From the NCBI GenBank assembly GCA_051362555.1, contig CM120640.1:59684788-59748787 (forward strand): a stretch of 64,000 bases of DNA, read 5' to 3'. The notes under the pieces were generated by a model that saw only the letters and a program-made list of their open reading frames with translations, did no database searches and was not told the DNA's origin. This DNA is from Lingula anatina (Eukaryota; Animalia; Brachiopoda). Shown piece after piece: positions 45,063 through 60,300 of this stretch (the first letter of the stretch is position 1; every line of letters starts with the position of its first letter). The position numbers and the translations under genes were made by a program.

Positions 45063-47282
45063 TCATAAAAGCCCATAGTCCACTTGCTGGAAGAAATGCA
45101 GCTTCTGCAAAGTTCTGTTTTTCTCTTTGCTTTGTACTTGCATAACTTGAAGCTGAGTATTTTCTGTTTTCTTTATGATGTTGTACACATACTGAAAGAA
45201 AAGCAAACTTTGTAAACTTAATGTAACGTAGCTTAAAGATGCATACAAAGTCAATTTTTTGTCACAAAAACCAACCAAATGCCAGCATATAGTTTGAAGT
45301 AGTATAACTAAGAGAATTACCAAAAGGTATTGTTTAATTTTACCCGAAAATGATGTTTGAACGGATTTTTCTTCTGGCATTCTAAGCTGTATGTCAATGG
45401 GTCAGGAAAGTAGGTCACGGAATTAGGTTAATTTTACAACCAAAAATTTAAAAAAAGGAGCAGTCTAAAGGTCTTTTATGGCTGATCGAGTGATCTATTC
45501 AGTTTATCCCTTGGCATGTCGAATTTATTTGAGTCATATAAGAATCTAGTAGAAGTGGTTAACATGTGTTACTGGAATCCACGCTCCACCGATGCTCGGT
45601 TCGTATGTACCTTTAACAGCGTGCTGAGCAAACATACACAATTCGGTCAATAATATGAGTGAATTGGTTACTTTAATCTAACTAGGACATGAGCCGACCA
45701 CCCCCAACATGTATCTCTGGTGACACAAATGATATGCGTAAATTGCTCTTACATCATGACTCCAAAAAAAAAAATCTGAACATTCAATAATTTGAACAAA
45801 GAAAGAAATTTTGAACAAGGAAAGAAATCTTCAATATTCGTACCAGGAATTGTTATGTAATTTTACCTGAAGAAATTGTTCAAAGTCGATTCCCTGTGAA
45901 TCTTTGAAATTTATTGCTCTCAGACCAAGTAAACGTAATCCCTCGGAAGAATCGTCTCCCATGGTATCAAGTAGTTCTGTACTACAGAAACAATTAAAAG
46001 ATTAAGCAGTATGTGTCAACTAAGTGAAGATTGATTAAACTGGTTAATAGTAATTAAGTAATTGCCACAATATGCCAGCAGTAAGGTTTCCAAATACTGA
46101 CGAAAAGCTAATGTAAAATAAAAAAAGTGGTATCGCGTATAAAATTGCTGAACATAATTCCCAAGGAATAAAACGTTTCACGCATACTAAAAAAAAAACT
46201 TACAGCTCGTTGAAATCTAGAATGCCATCCTGATTGAAGTCAAACGTCTGGAATTCCGCTTTAAGTTCCCAAATATCCTCTTCGTCCCACTGGGGAAACC
46301 GGTGCAAAAGCACCTCGGTAGGGATATCTAGAAACAATTAAGTAGCAACTTTCTTCTTCTCTATACATTTTACACATTGTTCTTCGCCGTATATGATATA
46401 ATCAAAGTGATAACTCGAAGCTACAAACTATTTAGATCTATTTACTTAGTAAAAAAAAGCGTATGTAAAAAAATTACCTTCAAACTTTCGCCCAGCTTTT
46501 AACATCCGCCGGCGCGCCAAGTGGAAGCTTGCAAAAAATTGCTCCGATGTCTCCTGTAACGGACTACGTGTATTTGGTGCCTCTCCTTCCTCGGTTTTCT
46601 GCTTTCCTGAAGATAACTCATATAAGCCATGAAATTAAAATTAAAATTATATGGCCCGGAACATACTTTACTGGAACATACGTAGGCCTATGTTACGTAA
46701 ATGTTTAGCGATGGTAAAAATTAAATGTAGGCCTAGGCGTAAAATTGAGACAGTCGTGGATTTTTGTTCTATACACATATGTTTTTAAAAAGTGAATATG
46801 TTTACGACTTCGAATTCATTCAATTTTATTTTCTGATACTTAAGCATGTGAAATACACCTCTATAGTGGGTTTGGGTGAGTAGGGTCATCCTGGACATAC
46901 AGTAGGCTACAATAGAACTAAAATGACAAGGGCATATATATATATATATATATATATATAAAGACCTACACGACTGACACAAGTGTACGTAGTAAAAAAG
47001 TACCTTGGTAATGCATTTGATCTAGGCAAATAGTAGGCCTAAGTTTGCGAAGACACACATCGTAATTATGAAAACGATTAGGCGTTACCTAAACAATCAT
47101 TGAATAGGGTACACGATAGGCTATAGTTGTAATCAAGAATCTATTACTCTTCCCGCAATGCAAATTAAAGGTGGTAATAGCGCAACTGCTAACAAAAAAT
47201 ACTCACCGGTTGCAATATATTCGACGCGGTCGTAATAACATATTGGTGGCTTTTTCAACGGAAAGCTTAACCTAATCCCCAT
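45063..47282 (-). CDS. Small EF-hand calcium-binding protein with N-myristoylation-like N-terminus, 190 aa, 5 exons
   Basis: Exons (minus) 47207-47282, 46478-46606, 46204-46327, 45867-45981, 45063-45191; phases 1,1,2,0 all join. Starts MGIRLSFPLKK after an in-frame TGA. EF-hand ELKAEFQTFDFNQDGILDFNEL; second, degenerate hand INFKDSQGIDFEQFLQ; ends FFQQVDYGLL. Confidence 0.82.
45237..45612. mobile_element. Kolobok-like MITE (TTAA TSD), copy 1, in the last intron of the EF-hand gene
   Basis: TTAA|AGATGCATAC ... GTATGTACCT|TTAA; closely similar to 47977-48334. Confidence 0.75.
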
Positions 47283-47976
47283 AATATAGGAGAAATCCCT
47301 ACGTCACCATTACTCATACATGTATATGCCGACATGAACTATTCGATTATATCATTTATGTGAGCAAAAGTTCCATATATAGTCTTAGCCGGACAAACTG
47401 GACATGCCATTTTCTTGAATTTCCACAAAATTATTACTGTTACACTCATGTGTGTGCGTAACCTTAGCGAGGACGCGATGCAACGCTTGTACACGTCATC
47501 TTTGCGCGCGGTGACTCAGCACGAAAGTTCGCGATCTACGTTTTAAAATCCACATGAAAATACGGGCTGAGATATCCATGAGTTACCGATCGCGATAAAA
47601 AGGTGAAACGAAAGAACTGAAAGCTCTGCCCAAGGAAGCCCACTGCAATTAATTTCGGCGTTATTTGACTAGTGCGTGTGTGCGCGCGGGCGAGAGAGAG
47701 AGACGATCAGAGACGGGGCTGGAGAGAGAAAGTATGCTACTCATTGACTCAATTTTACTATGCTAGTTTGACTTACCTGCAAATCAAATCAGCCAAATGC
47801 GACAAATTTGACAATATACACTGAATATAGTGCCTTTGTCAACGCCACCGGGGAGGATGGCAACAAACAAGTTTGTTCGTTGAAATTAGAAAATAGTAAA
47901 ATATCGGCCTTGCATGTATGCGATATGCGTGCCTGAGTATGGTAATGCACCTCTATCGCAATCTGTGAAACTTAAA

Positions 47977-48334
47977 AGGTGCATACAAAGTCAATTTTTT
48001 GCCACATATGCCAGCATATAGTGTCATGTAGTATTACTAAGAGAATTACCAAAAAGGCATTGTTTAATTTTACCCGAAAATGATGTTTGAACGGATTTTT
48101 CTGCTAGCATTCTATGCTGTATGTCAATGGGGCAGAAAAGTAGGTCAAAAAGTAGGTTAAATTTCCGACCAAAAATTTAAAGAAAGGAGCAGTCTGAAGC
48201 TCTTTTATGGCTGATCGAGTGATCTATTCAGTTTATCCCTTGGCATGTCGAATTTATTTGACTAAGAAACTAGTACTAGTACTTCTACTAAGAAACTAGT
48301 AGAAGTGGTTTACATGTGTTACTGGTTCGTACCT
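47977..48334. mobile_element. Kolobok-like MITE, copy 2, upstream of the EF-hand gene
   Basis: TTAAA|AGGTGCATACAAAGTCAATTTTT ... GTTCGTACCT|TTAA; same orientation and internal sequence as copy 1. Confidence 0.72.
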
Positions 48335-48521
48335 TTAAAAGAAAGCAAGTGCAAGCGACAACGCTCTCATGTGTTTAAAAGTAAATAAAGGGTAGACTGT
48401 AAGTTTCCTTTGAAGCATCCTCAGACAAAATGCCCGTAATAATAATTTTCTAAATCAGCTCCGGAGAAATCCACTGAGGACTCCCCGCGCGAAACCTTTT
48501 ACGCATATCCAACACTGACAA

Positions 48522-48560
<39 letters not shown>

Positions 48561-48773
48561 TGCTAGGTTAAACAACAGAAATATGAAAACTACGAAACCA
48601 CCTTTTGTAATGTTTATTTATGCTCTGATGCACTTACAATACTTAAATATAGACAAACGGAATGCTGCATTGATAGAATCAGTCCAGTACTTCAAGTATT
48701 GTTTAATAATTTTCCTTACTTCAGATAAAAGTACATTCTTTGTCTCAAATCAAAAAATTATTGTAATCAAACA

Positions 48774-48816
<43 letters not shown>

Positions 48817-50023
48817 GTTTGATTACAAATAATATATTTCTATCAGAACATGATACATTCAAAATTTTCTAGCAGTTAATTCAGTCGAAGAGACAAAGAA
48901 TTCCTGTTGATACAGTTTTAAAGGAATTATTACACAACTATATCAAACACATTACAGTATATTGAACACTTGTGATCTTTGTATGTATTAATCCAGTCCA
49001 GATTTTCTCGCATAAGAAAAAAATCACTATACATTTTGGGCATCAGAAATGATGTATAGAGGTCAACAGTAGATGTATGATCACAAATTACTCACAAAAT
49101 GCTAACAAATCTGACAAACTAAGCGACCTCAAGCAGAGCAACATAATAAAGATAACAGAATCTTCAAATCATCCTCATAGATCTAACAAAAAAAGTAATG
49201 GGCTTTTAAAAATGCTCGCTGACTAGTTTTGAAAACACAGCTTTCTATAGTTAAAATCTATCAATGAGCTAAACGTAAATAGGCAATTCTATCTGCCATG
49301 ATATACAAAATCACAGATCACTTTCTTTTTCACTGGGTAAAATACAGGACGGAAATACACCCATGGATGCACATTACATAGAAGTGCTGTATTGCAGACA
49401 GCAAAGCTAAATATTGGTTAAAGCAAGGCATGCACACACACACACAACTAATGTAGTGAGAGATTATCTGGTTTAAAATGTACCTCTAAGCAAAAGAAAA
49501 AAATCCACTTCACTGAGCAAATTGCTATAGTTTTTCATCCTTTCAAGAAATTATACAGATAAAAATCTTTGGACAATGACCCACTTTTCTAGCTTAAAAG
49601 ACAAAGAGGGTGTTTTTGGTAAAAAGTTTAATGAAACTACAGTTAAATGGACCTAATAGGGCCTTAGATAAAGAAAAAACTATGTAACTTCTTGAAAAAG
49701 GAATGGCAGAGAAATTGGTGCAAAGGAAAAAAAGTTGTCTACCAATTCAAACAATATTAGCTCCATTTCTTTGCTTACTAAAATACCAATATATGCACAC
49801 TACACAAATCAAATTTACAAAATTCCAGTTTTACAACTGTAAATATTAGAATAATATACAACAATTTGGAAAGCCCAAACCGTCATGTTATATATATATA
49901 TCATTAACATCAACATAGGGGTATGTGAATTACAACGAAATTGATTACACTGACAATAAATAATCTTGTAGAATTGGTTTGTACCTTATGCACATCCTAG
50001 GGATAAAATCCTCCAGTGCACAA

Positions 50024-50026
50024 AAA

Positions 50027-50078
<52 letters not shown>

Positions 50079-50080
50079 AA
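50024..50080. repeat. (AAAT)n microsatellite
   Basis: Directly visible. Confidence 0.9.
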
Positions 50081-50809
50081 TAAAAAGAGATACACACATC
50101 TGACAAAACAAGAATCCAACTATTACATAGGAAACACTGATAATTATGCCAGTACAGTATGGCTAAATTGAAACAGCATCAAACTCAAATGGGGATAAGC
50201 TTATACATAACCATCAATCACAGTACTCAGACTATATATCTGTACATAACATTCAAAAAGAGAGTAATCTGCAATTCCCAGCTGTAGACACTAAATTTAA
50301 AATCAGACACTTTATCTAACAGGCTATCTTAACAGGTGTTTTAAATATGACAAAAGCATGTGGTATAGATGCAATTTTGAAGCCAAATTACTAGAGGGTA
50401 GTTGGTTTAAAGAAAATGGTATAAAAGTATACACAAACACAGCTGTTTTATCCAAATGATATTTTAAATATCTAAATATTGACCTGAATATTAATTTGAT
50501 CATTATAAATTCCAGATATACAACTGTAAACATAAATGAAGGAGAAAAAAACTATATACTCCATGATTCTCATATAAGAAGAATAAGAAAGACTTCTTAA
50601 CACTACCAAACTTTCCACTCAATAGTGCCAATGGAAAAAAATCTCAATACTAGCATCATACAGTGATATGTGAGCCTGCTCATCTTTTTCACAAGTTTAT
50701 AGTCATTGCTTTTTCTTCACAAGATAAATGTGGGGGAAAGTCACATTCACCTCTTCTGTCACAACCAAAGATAGCCAAACAGCAATGGTATATGATTATT
50801 GACACTAGT

Positions 50810-53800
50810 CTATGTCCCCCCATTATAAGCATAGTCTGCCTTATTGTGCATGATCAGTTTATCATCAACAAAGTAATAGCTGTCAGAGCGAGTTTCATAT
50901 GGGTTGTCAATCATCTCTTTCACTGAAAAACAACAAATTAGCAGAGTTAATAAAATCAAAATACAATTTACTTTCACTAAAATCTCCTCTCTCACAAGAA
51001 ACAATAACAACAACAACAATAATAATAAAAATAAAACAAAGAAAAAAATTAATAAGAAAAAGAAAGAAAAGCAAAACAAACCACCAGAACTAAAACCTTA
51101 TTAAGTGTGAGTGATGTCATTTGCCACATTAGGTGTCAAGCCATCCAATGATATGACTGCTCAGTTCCATTATTTACTTCCTGTTATTCATATTATTGAC
51201 CCTTCTATGGAAAATCCTAAGAAGTGACCAATAACAACTAGGCTACCTGTCTAACTTTCCAAAATATTTGCAAAACATGCTTTTGTCATTATTTTACAAA
51301 ATAACATACCTTACAAAACATCATAAAGTAGTAGTTCCGAAAGATTGCGAAATGATCATAAAATGTGGGGGAAAATACCCAAGTGACTCCTTCTATAGTA
51401 TGGTAAAAACACCAACAATATATACTTAATTGTTATGTTCAAATTATAAGGAAAATGAAAATCAGCAGGCAGATGTTTTGGGCATAAGTTCTGGCTGTCC
51501 ACAGAAGCTTTCTCCATATCATATAAGGAAGTTCAATTTTTAGGAAGCACCATTGACTGGAAAGTGCTCTAGGGATGGCCTAAGGCCTTCACTTCATGTA
51601 CCAACAAGAAAACAACCAAGCTCATAACTTTCTGAAAAAGGCCAATGAATTGACAAATTTTACCCAATGTTTTTCTGAACATAGTGTTTGTGCAAAAAAG
51701 GAGGAAGAGATTTCACATGGTAGTGTGAAACAGAGAAGATACTTACTTTCATCAGGGGTAAGCTGAGGAAATTCGTATATATGCTCTACTGTATTCTTGC
51801 TATTTGGAATGCAAAATCCGAACTCGAAATCAAAGCTTTTCAGTAAGCGTTCACGGAAATAATGCCTCTCTATCATGCGGAATTTGCTGACAGGTTTGTC
51901 ACCAACAGTGAATTCAACGCTGGAAAACAAAATGTATCAAATGATTAAAACATCTTAAAGAAAATAAATACCTAAATTTTGAAAGAAAAAAGAATGCAAA
52001 ATTTCAGCACCCAAATATCACTTTAACCTCAATAATTAAACAAGCTTCAACTAGAGGATCAGAGAGATGAAACTGCCTCCATTATTGTACCACCAGCTGG
52101 AGTAAGTGCATTCGTATGGAAAACAAAAAAAAAAAGGGGGGGGGGGGCACCAACTCCAGTGTTGTGCTCTACAAAATGCAAAAAACAAGAGGTTTCTAGC
52201 ATGTATGGTTTCAAAATTAGAGACTTTTCAATTTCGGCATCTAATGGCTGGATTGACCCCAAACTCATGAAGATTAAAGATGACCATAAGTGTAAAACCT
52301 ACCCATTATATTATGGGTTAGGTCTGAGTGGTTTGTAAAAATCATCACAAATAATTTTTTTTTTTGCAAAAAAATCCCATTTTATAGAAATAATGGCCTA
52401 TTTAACCTTGAGATAAAGGTCAAAGACCAAATCAAAGGGCATATTTGAAATCTCCATACGACTTTCAGATAGCTATCAGTAGAAAATTTCCCCATAATTC
52501 CTTCGGTTTGGGAGATATTTAGCATTTAATTTTGCAAATTTTCCACAAGGGTGCATTGTGATGAGTGCCACACCCAGACCTGTGCACTGACAAAGCCCAA
52601 AATTCACTTGGGATGAGACGAGACTATGTGTGACCTAAATCCAAGAGATGGGTACACTGACCCTTGTAGTCTAGAAGGAGAAGCGGTAATGGCCAAATGG
52701 TGGCAGATATGGCGGAGCTGGCAGACGAGACCAGTTGGAATAAAACCACGTGTACCGCCAGCGCTGTGTTGGTGGTACAATAACTATATATGTGTCAATC
52801 TTTATATTTTAACTCTAAATGTCACCAATATTTCATATAAGTCATACATACAATTACTCCATTAAATATAGTTTAAATGGCTGAAAGTCACACATAAAGC
52901 AAAGGATATGCTGCACTTACGTTGCCCCTACAGTCCGTAGCTTCAGGAAATTTGGTGTGAACTGGTACCTTACAAAACGCCCAGCGTTGGGATCAACCTC
53001 ATCTGTATCAATGTCATGCTCTTCATCTGTTTCTGAAAAATATTCATAGTGAAAACGTGATCACCTCTTCATTTCACTTTCAAATTCTCAATTTTTACAT
53101 GCTGGGTCTAAATTTGATACGAATTTAATCTTATTCAATGATCACAAGGGCAATTAACCATTTTGTTGTGTAATTTCTTTTTTTTTATTGTTCTTTGTTT
53201 CTTGTTAAACATGTATTAAATACACTCATGAAAGGTCATCACTAGTGTCTATTAGATAAAATCAAAAGAGAATTTCAAGTTTTATGATTTCAGTCATCTA
53301 AATACAGTTCATGTTCAGTGAAAACCTCAGGAGTAAACATGCTCAGATTCTTTATCAATAGTTGTACAGCAATTAACTAAACTAACATGTATAAATCAAG
53401 CAATCCACATACACATCCTTTTATTTTATTTCAAATAACTATCAAAAAGAAAATGAAGAGTCCCCAATGATAAGAACCACCAAGATAAGAATGAACAAAT
53501 TATGAGTCAATTCATGTCCTGATGAAGAAATGAAGTCATTCCACAAATCAATATTCATATTGACGTTTATTGATATTCAAATTGTGGCAATCATTCTATA
53601 AGTAGCTGGACAATGTTGCTTCTAATGTCAGTGCACTGAGTATCTCCAGTATAAATGCTTAAAAACACCTATCATGGTGTAAAAACTTGCTCATCATTAA
53701 GTCACAGGCAACATAAGACAGTATGGTACAGGAGAAGGTAACTTACCTGATGGTGGAGGCTTTGCCACTTCAAAAAGAACAGTAGAAGTGTCCATGTCTC

Positions 53801-56395
53801 TCAGTTTAAACCGTGTGAAATCAATATTGAATACGTTGGCCTCTGGTGGGCATAAGTAATCTATAATAAAAAGAAATATATTTGCCTTAAATACAAATGC
53901 TATAAATTCCCAGGGAGGATGATTATTATAAATGATACAGCTGACAAAGTTTTAGAATAAATTAACATTTGGTAAAGAGAAAATTATTCAACCTTTCTGA
54001 ATTTACTAAATTCCCATTAAATATCATAAGAATAAGCTTCAGGCATCTGAAAATAATAACTAATATAAACTGAAAAAAGGTCACCACATGGTTCAAGGTC
54101 ACAGTATGGTTCAAGTGCAAGGTCACCATATGGTACTAGTGCACTTTTCAGAAAAATTTATTAAACTGTTTTATAACAGCTGTTTGTTTCTAATATGTAA
54201 CATTAACATGCTGTATTAGCATTAATGTCTTTGCACGTGAGGCAGTTAATGTTTATTTCACATTCCACAAACTGAAGAGCAGGCTAAATGTTGTGACACT
54301 GTCATGTTTATTGATGGCTAATGTATGTTGTTTGATTTTTGTGAATAATTATCTTACAAACCCGTGTACTTATATAACATAAATGACTACTACTGATGCA
54401 ACATGTGTAGTAATTAATAGATTGTTTGCAACACTATCACAGTAGGATAGTTGGATTTGTTAACTAGACTTTATCATATGCAGTACCAAAAAGCCATGGG
54501 ACTGTTACATGATCCCATGAGTGCATTGTAATAGTATATTTGTTTGCTGCATGTGAGCAATTTTAAAGTGTACAAACCTTTGCGACAGTGACTTGTGAGC
54601 ATACAAGTAGCACATAAGGAAGGACTGACAGTGGACTGGGAACACATCTTACAATAAGATAGCTAAATATTTCAAAATACTCACAGGGACACAGCACTTA
54701 TCTACTGAACGAGAGACACACTACAAAGAGGATTTTTTGCCGTTTTGGAGCAGATAACGATGAAACTGTTCTTTCAAAACGTCTACAAACTTAAGTTCAG
54801 AATTAAACAGCACAGGGCACTTGACAAATGTTAAAGGTGTATGTTATTTGTATGTTATATATTTGTAATATATTTTATAAGCAGCCGTTTTCAGTGGTTG
54901 TGTTTTTATGTTCAGCTGATTGGTCTGTGACAATGTGCACTAAGGTTTGTCCATAATAAACTGCAAAACATAAAGATAAACCCATAATACTAAAGACAAT
55001 ACAGAAGCAGTCACATAATCTTAAAAGTGCATTCCCAGAGGTTTAGGGTGCATTCCCAGAGATTTAGATCGATCCAGAGATTTAAATTAACCTAACTCCC
55101 TGGGGGTTCACGCTAAATTGCAATCAGCCAAGCGCGCACCATACTAGTAGTTAATTACCCCCTTACAGCTTTTAGTAGGCGGGACAGACGCTTAAGCCGG
55201 CTAAGCCGACAGTAATCTAGTGAGACTCCCCACAGGGAAAATGTATGTGAATAGGGTCTAAGATTGATCCACCCAGATTGACCTAACTCCCTGGGGGTTC
55301 ACACTAAATTGCAGTCAGCCGAGCATGCACAACAGTTAATTACCCCCTTACAGCTTTTAGTAGACGGGAAAGACGCTTAAGCGTGCTAAGCATACAGTAA
55401 TCTAGTGAGATTCCCCACAGGGATAGATCGATCTAAAATCTGTGGGAATGGGATCTAAGACTTTAAATCCCATGCAAAGTACCTTACTTGTTGGCACACA
55501 GAAAATCTACTTATCACTCGGAGTTAAATGATCAATAGTTACTTCACAAAAAAAAAAAAAAAAAAAAAAAAAATGCAGCATTTAGCATTTTATCCGACTG
55601 TTTACCCTTTATTGGAAAATGAAATGACAATTAAATTATTGAGCAACGATCTGATCAATAAGTCTGCCCAAGTTTTAACCTAAATGTTAATATTTTAAGT
55701 GTGAGTCTTTGTCTAGAAATTGATCATGGCCAATGAATTTACTGACATATTCTGAGAAAGGATTTAACCAATGGAGCCTTTTAGATTTATATTACTCCCT
55801 TAATTGCAGCTGCCTGCACTACTGAATATGAAGAGCAAGAATGATTTCAAAAGAGGCACGGTTTCTTTCCAAAGTGTATCATCCATTACTAGTTGAAATA
55901 CAACAGTATCAGCATAAATCAAACCTATCAATCCATCTGCACTAACTCAAGAAACCACCTAGAGCAAAATCTATGTACACAACTGTTACCCAAAGAAGCT
56001 AATGAGGTAACTTCTATTCCACATACAAAAAAAGAAGTTCATTTAGTTGAATAACTCGACAAGATATGCATGGAATCTGATAATCATGAAGAAAAAGAAT
56101 CAATACTTTTTCTTCAAAGGATGCCCCAACTGTAGCACAATGGTAGCATCCATGGATCAGGATGATGGCATTGTGACCAGATAAATTTCACAACCATATA
56201 TACACTCCTTTTTTTACAAGAAATTTGAACAACTACGTACTGTACAAGTCAAATGATATAAAGATATTAAACATTCAGTGGTAGTTGTTTGAAAATGATG
56301 CTGCATCACTTTAAAAAAGCAGATATCTCTCTTCAAAGGAATCCTATTCATCTCTATAACAGTCACCCAGAAAAAAAAATGCTTGCTGTATTTAA

Positions 56396-56469
<74 letters not shown>

Positions 56470-57296
56470 TAGTATCTGAACCAAGCAGGAATTCTCAGTA
56501 ATGCATAAAAACCATTTCTATTAGTTTCTTAAAGCTAAGAAGTTGTAAAGATATATAACTTCTTGTTAAAGCTGACATGCCAAGGGATAAACCAAATTAA
56601 TCACCTTAAGTTAAAAAAGAGATTTAACAGCCGGCTATCCACTAGTAGCTCACATGACCCGATATTTTCCCAAATATTAGACAGGACCTCGTTTTCAAAA
56701 TGGACCTGCTGCTCTAAGAAAATTATGGCAGGAGACGTGAGCATGGAGAGGGGTAAAAATGACACATAAATTCAATGGCTTATAGAGTTTTGCTTTAATA
56801 AACTTTGCAGAGTGATATAGTATACCCTTTATTTCCATTTTATACACCTTAGGAATATTCATGTATTGATCTCACGGAGTATTATCTGTTTTATGATCTT
56901 ACTGATAACAATTGGTCTCATATCTTGAATTTATGTCATAGTTAAATGCATAATACTTGATTTCTAATGTTATTTCTTTACGATTTGATGTACATTCGAT
57001 GAAATGCTTTGTGAATTGACCTTGTGCCTGGTCCTGCACATGCTTGATTGTACATACATGTATGTGCATCATACTCATGTGTGTGCAGGGGGGGGGGGAG
57101 TTAATTTTCTGTAACTGTAAAAGATATAAAATGTAAACTAACTATTAGCACATATAACTTTAACAGTATAAACTGGTGATAAATAACCTAAATATGGATT
57201 AGATTTATTTAACATTTTTATACTTGCGTTGATTGGGGGTATTCAATACAGTGGCTTAAAGACTTCATTGTAATATATTATTACTATTATTTATTT

Positions 57297-57343
<47 letters not shown>

Positions 57344-60300
57344 GTGGTAGTAAAAGAACTGCAAAATTTCCCTGTATGTCATTTTAAATCTGTACAGGAG
57401 GAGGATTTTTTCATAGTTTTGTAACATTATATGCTATTAAAAATTCATATTTTACTAGGCTTAGACAACATGAATGGTTCTAGGATATGAATTAATTTGC
57501 CATGCCTTTATCTGCAACCCTCATGACAGTAGCACCCATCAATTTCAAATGCTGTGCACACAAAGCACCATGACACAACCTCTAACAAACTATTAATCAA
57601 GGATATTTTATGACCTGTGCTGTTGCTAATGCTAATTGTTATTGTATCAATACAATGAAGTTTGGGTTTTAACTACTTAAAAGTTGTTCCAGTAGGTCTG
57701 TACAGTTAAACAATATATTAAAAAACATACAGTTATATAAAACAATTAATACATATTATGTTTAACATGCAATTTTTTTTTAATATTTAAGGCACTAAAA
57801 TCTACTTAATTAGAAATAGAACGTGTCACTTCAAATGCATCAAAGATGGACTAGAATGTGACCACTAGTAATAAGTTAAAAAATTTTGAAAATTAATTAA
57901 AATTAATTAATATTATATGTTAAACTGAAGAGTTGACCTTCAAATAAAAGAAATATATTTTGAACTGCAATGTGAACGTGTACTGATATAGATACATGTA
58001 TTTATACCAATAACTCTTTGTTATGAAAATAAAAAACCTACCATACAGTAATGTACCAAACAGTTTGACAAAGATTAATTACTGACTTTGAAATTATTTT
58101 GGTCATATTGATTAAAATACAGCAATGAAAACCTCTGAAAAAATTGGATTGTTTAGGCCATCTGCTAAAATGTCCATCTTACCAGAAGCATTGCATTTTA
58201 CCCAAAGCGCCATGCAAGATAAGCCACAATTTATGCTTAACATGTGTTTCAAACACTTTTTACCCTCCTTTTTAAATCTTATTTTGCTGTGTAAAATCTT
58301 TACTAACATATCTTGCGATTCAAAGAAAAGACGTCATAATATTTATCTATTTATTTCTCCCAACTACGATCATTTTCATGATGCACTTCACCATACATAA
58401 GACGGGAGACGAGGGACACTTTTTTCCTGAGACAGGTGCTGTGAACAGTGCCCATTCACTTATATTTGAAACCGGTAGCGTAAGTGGAGACATGGCAGAC
58501 ACTCTGGGACTTTAGTAGTCCTTCAGACTAGCTGTACATAAAAAAAAATACTGGTCATACCAAACTTTTGCTGGTCCTTACACATTTTTATCACAATTTT
58601 CCCTACATATTTAAGACTGCTAGGCAAAAAGGCCATTTTTTTGCACCAATTGACCCCAAACCATGAGCATCATAACAAATCTACCAAGTTTTGGTGTGAT
58701 ACAACTGTGGATTAAATCAAGACACTTCTGGCTTGATGGATACACACAGTGCTGTAGATGGAAAAATTCTGTTGGCTTTTCAGTATTTTGCATTTTAAAT
58801 AGGTGTTTAACTAAGCCAAAGACTTGAGAATCCCCACATCCTGGTGGATGCACTAGTTTTTTGTACACCTACATCTTTATCCTTCATGCAGACATTCATA
58901 TAATGTAAATAGGAATGCTAATGCATGAATTTTGCGCTAGTCTTGGCATTTGCTTCTGTGAGAATTACAGACATCAGTACTATTATATAATGATAATCCT
59001 ACTCAGAGAGGGGTAGAGTGACCTTGTTCAGCGATTGCAAAATATAGGACTAATATGATTTAATATATTTCACTGCAGACTGCACATACCCCCTGCACAA
59101 GTAAAAGAGGCAATCCTGGGCTAAGCATGATTCACATAGAGCTCATTCCCATTGAAAATGATGGTCTACATAAATCGATCTAACTAGGTGGGGACTTAAA
59201 TAAAATGAAATCAGTTAAACAAATTAACAAACCTCCTCCTGGCATTAAGTAGAACACAGAAAAACTGGTAATTATACAAGCACTTCGTATTTTGGAGACA
59301 GGAATAGGCGTGTTAATCTGTTAAAGTGACTGCATTTAGTAAGAGTCCCAGCGGAATTGGATCTATCTATGATATGAAAACCGATAGTTCCATTGGGAAT
59401 GAGCCCAAATCTCATTTGCTGTCTGATATTAGTCCTACATGTGTGATATACCTGTTATCCCAAAAGGGTCAATATGCACAAACACAAGCTTCATCAAGTC
59501 AAAAGATAATATTCCTTTAGAAATATAAATTCACGTCAAGGATGTGGAGAGTATATTTAATATTGAATCTTCGTATTTGGGCATGAAAAAAATCAGAACA
59601 AAAAATCCTAATTCTGACAATGACGTAAAACCATTGTATGTGTTTTAAAAGACAAAAGTATGTACAGTCATTCTTGACGTCTAGCAATTATGCTGCTGTG
59701 AAATCGCACACCTGTTGCTGACTGCCACTGACGCACTTCTGAATGTGACAATTACATCAGGGACTGTTTCGCTCCTAGAAGCAAACTCTAGAATGATCAA
59801 GTGGGCCAAGCAACTCTTGAACAATCACGTGGGCCAACCAATACTTTTTACACAATTTTGTACACAATAGTTTGTTTCCTGGGGGGTGAAAAAACTCCCA
59901 TCTTGATTTGATCTACTTTGTGTATTCAGATGTCAGTTAATGGCAGTCTTCAATCGGTCAATGATTTCTTGGTGGCACAACTGGTAGACAAGCAGATCAA
60001 CTAAACCTTATTTACAGACTGTCAATGGAATACTTGGTATGTTTTTCAGCAGTGTGCCACTTGAAAAGGTGAGAGGTAAGCTAAAAAAAAATTTTGAAAG
60101 CCCCCAGTGGATGCACTTGATGGCCACCATTTTATAGTTATGTGCACCTTTATCTTTCATTAAATAGCAAATATCAAAACACGTAAATAAGAATTCTAAC
60201 GCATGAATTGTCAAGCTAGTGTCATGACCTGAAACTGTGAAAGTGATAGGCTGAATACTGAAATAAATAAATAAATGAATAAAACGATTGGTACATTCAC

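Noticed and set aside
54660-54790. Alternative first coding exon of unc-119 (GTGAGT donor on the minus strand at ~54684)
   Set aside because: The frame needed to join exon 2 has a TAA a few codons upstream; no other support.
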